Source: Balamuthia mandrillaris
Taxonomy: Eukaryota
Assembly (NCBI GenBank): GCA_031835245.2
Contig: JAVKOQ020000009.1
Location: 372,001 to 436,000 of the forward strand
DNA length: 64,000 nt
Reading direction: 5' to 3'
Made by a program: the position numbers and the translations under genes
Shown here: positions 62,384 through 64,000 of the stretch, in pieces
How positions within the stretch are numbered: position 1 is the first letter of the stretch
Layout: each line of letters starts with the position of its first letter
Notes under the pieces: generated by a model
Seen by the model: the letters and a program-made list of their open reading frames with translations, nothing else
Database searches by the model: none
Told to the model about the DNA's origin: nothing

Positions 62384-62537
62384 CTGTTTTCGATTTCTGT
62401 GGCGATTATTATTGTTCTTTTTTGTATTTTTTTTTTGTCATTTCGTTCTCTCTTGTCCTCTCTCATGTACACCAAATTGGTGATGGATTCAACGGTCGAA
62501 GCGTCGTCCCCCTCCTCTGCTCTCAAAACCATTTTTT

Positions 62538-64000
62538 TTAGTCCAAGAGAGCAAAAGAGTTGAGAAGGTCTTGGCTGGCTTGCAGCTCTGAAGCGAAGTC
62601 CTCCTCCAAAGCGGAGAACGAGACCACAAAGGCCAAGTTGTTGTGGATGAGGTAACGCTGCTCAAACTTGAACCTCCTTTCGGCTATCTTGCCGCAGTAC
62701 GTTATTTTCCGTGCTGCCGTGTTGGACATCGTTATTTCCTTTTGACCATTTCAAGTTAACATAAAGAAATGCGAGAGGATAGAAAAGCAAAAAAGAAAAA
62801 AAACAAAAGAGATAAAGACAGAAGGAAGATCAAACCTCTTCGGCGATGATGTTGCTGTCTTCCACAGCCATTTCTAATTGACTTCGGATAACATCAGCAA
62901 AGGCATCCAGGGTCTTGGGCGAACCTTCTGGTACTTCAGTAACCACCAAGTTAACGTTGCTGCGGAAGGGCACATCGGACCCGCCGCCTCGCTCAAATGA
63001 TACCAGTGTTCCCATGAACCCATTGCTGATGTTGTACTCATCCTTTGCAAACTCAAAGGCAACCTTGGAATGTATTAAAAAAGAACGCAAGGAGATGAGG
63101 AATAAGAAGAGAAGGAATTACAGAAGAACTGAACCTTGTACAACAGATTCTCGTAAGTGACCAAGTGGCTCTTCGATTGGAAGCCAGAAGAGAGGAACTC
63201 AAAGGACTGCTGCACCCTCTTGAACAGTGGCAAGGGGCGATTATCATGTTTGGGGGCGTCCGTCATGGTGGTGAGGATGTAGACCTTGCCGTCCTTGATG
63301 GTATAGATCTGCGTAAAGCGCCCACCAGCGGTGACCGCATCGGAATTGTAGGAGACGAGGTAGGCTTCCTGACCGCCGAGAGTGGCTTTCTGCTTTTGAG
63401 GCAGCTCCTCTCCAGTGGGCAGCAGGTCCGCCAACCGCATGGCGTAGATGTTGCTGTATTGGTCCAAGTTCCAGGAGGGATCTGGCAGCGGCGTCACCAT
63501 CACGTCCGCTCGCAGAATGACAGGAGAGCTCTCCTTGGGGCTCAGTGGACCTTTGTACTCCATGGTTACTGCTGGCCCAGCCTTTGGCTGTGTCAGCGTC
63601 CATGACAGAGGACAGCTTTATGTTGTTTTTGTTTGAATGAGTATTGTTGAGTGAAAAGATCAAAACAAAAACATAAGGGAAGAAGAGAGCCGGTAGCAAA
63701 CTAATAAGCAACAATACGGAAGAAAGCAGAACGCAGAAAGCAGGAAGGGAAAAACCAAGGGAAGGACATACCCCAAGCGAAACATGTGAGTTTGGTTTTC
63801 ATAGTTGCCCAAGCAAAAGATTTCGATGGGCTTCTCGTGAGGGGGCGTGGCCGCCACAAACTCCATAGAGTCGAGGATCTTCTCCACGACCTCACGGTAG
63901 GTGTCGTGCAGGTCAGCAGGAGCGGAGAAGGTGAAGATGTAGGCCAGGTCGTTCTTCACGGTCCATGCCTGGAAGACCTTCACGGTGAAGGGACCCATGG
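62538..64000 (-). CDS. Protein of tandem PsbP/Mog1/DcrB-like domains (5' part outside the window)
   Basis: Repeated unit starts YEN...F...P..W and ends aromatic-T/L-x-K/H-N/D-x-x-AY/VY/AF...F...LDSMEF, QQSFEF or LNSFAL. At least three copies; spliceable GT-AG exons. Confidence 0.7.

Overview
Compact, intron-rich eukaryotic chromosome segment (standard code, short GT-AG introns with CTRAC-like branch points and many CT/GA microsatellites). The gene set and style suggest a free-living amoebozoan, which is an inference. There are 14 protein genes: U1-70K (3' part), DDX52/Rok1, a very large TPR-like protein, kinesin-1, a KCTD3/SHKBP1-like BTB-WD40 protein, Rab6, ATR, a DH-PH RhoGEF, PIG-U, mitoribosomal mL41, KICSTOR subunit ITFG2, an NPPW-type SAM methyltransferase, glutathione reductase, and a tandem PsbP/DcrB-like protein cut by the window end. 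A ~15 kb gene-free, strongly CpG-depleted transposon island (~18.6-33.3 kb) interrupts them. It holds LINE remnants of two families, two recent 5'-truncated LINE insertions with exact target-site duplications, and a chromovirus-like integrase/chromodomain remnant. Main observations: (1) two minor-spliceosome (U12) introns, one AT-AC and one GT-AG, lie in the same uncharacterised TPR protein gene, whose C-terminus has a separase/CHAT-like motif; (2) a young LINE tail is inserted in the YVDD codons of another RT; (3) CpG decay is confined to the repeat island; (4) ATR has an in-frame GC-AG intron in its FATC domain; (5) a GC-rich ~128-nt hairpin lies upstream of a bacterial-type methyltransferase. 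No rRNA, tRNA or CRISPR array was seen. All calls come from manual reading and motif recall; no database search was run.
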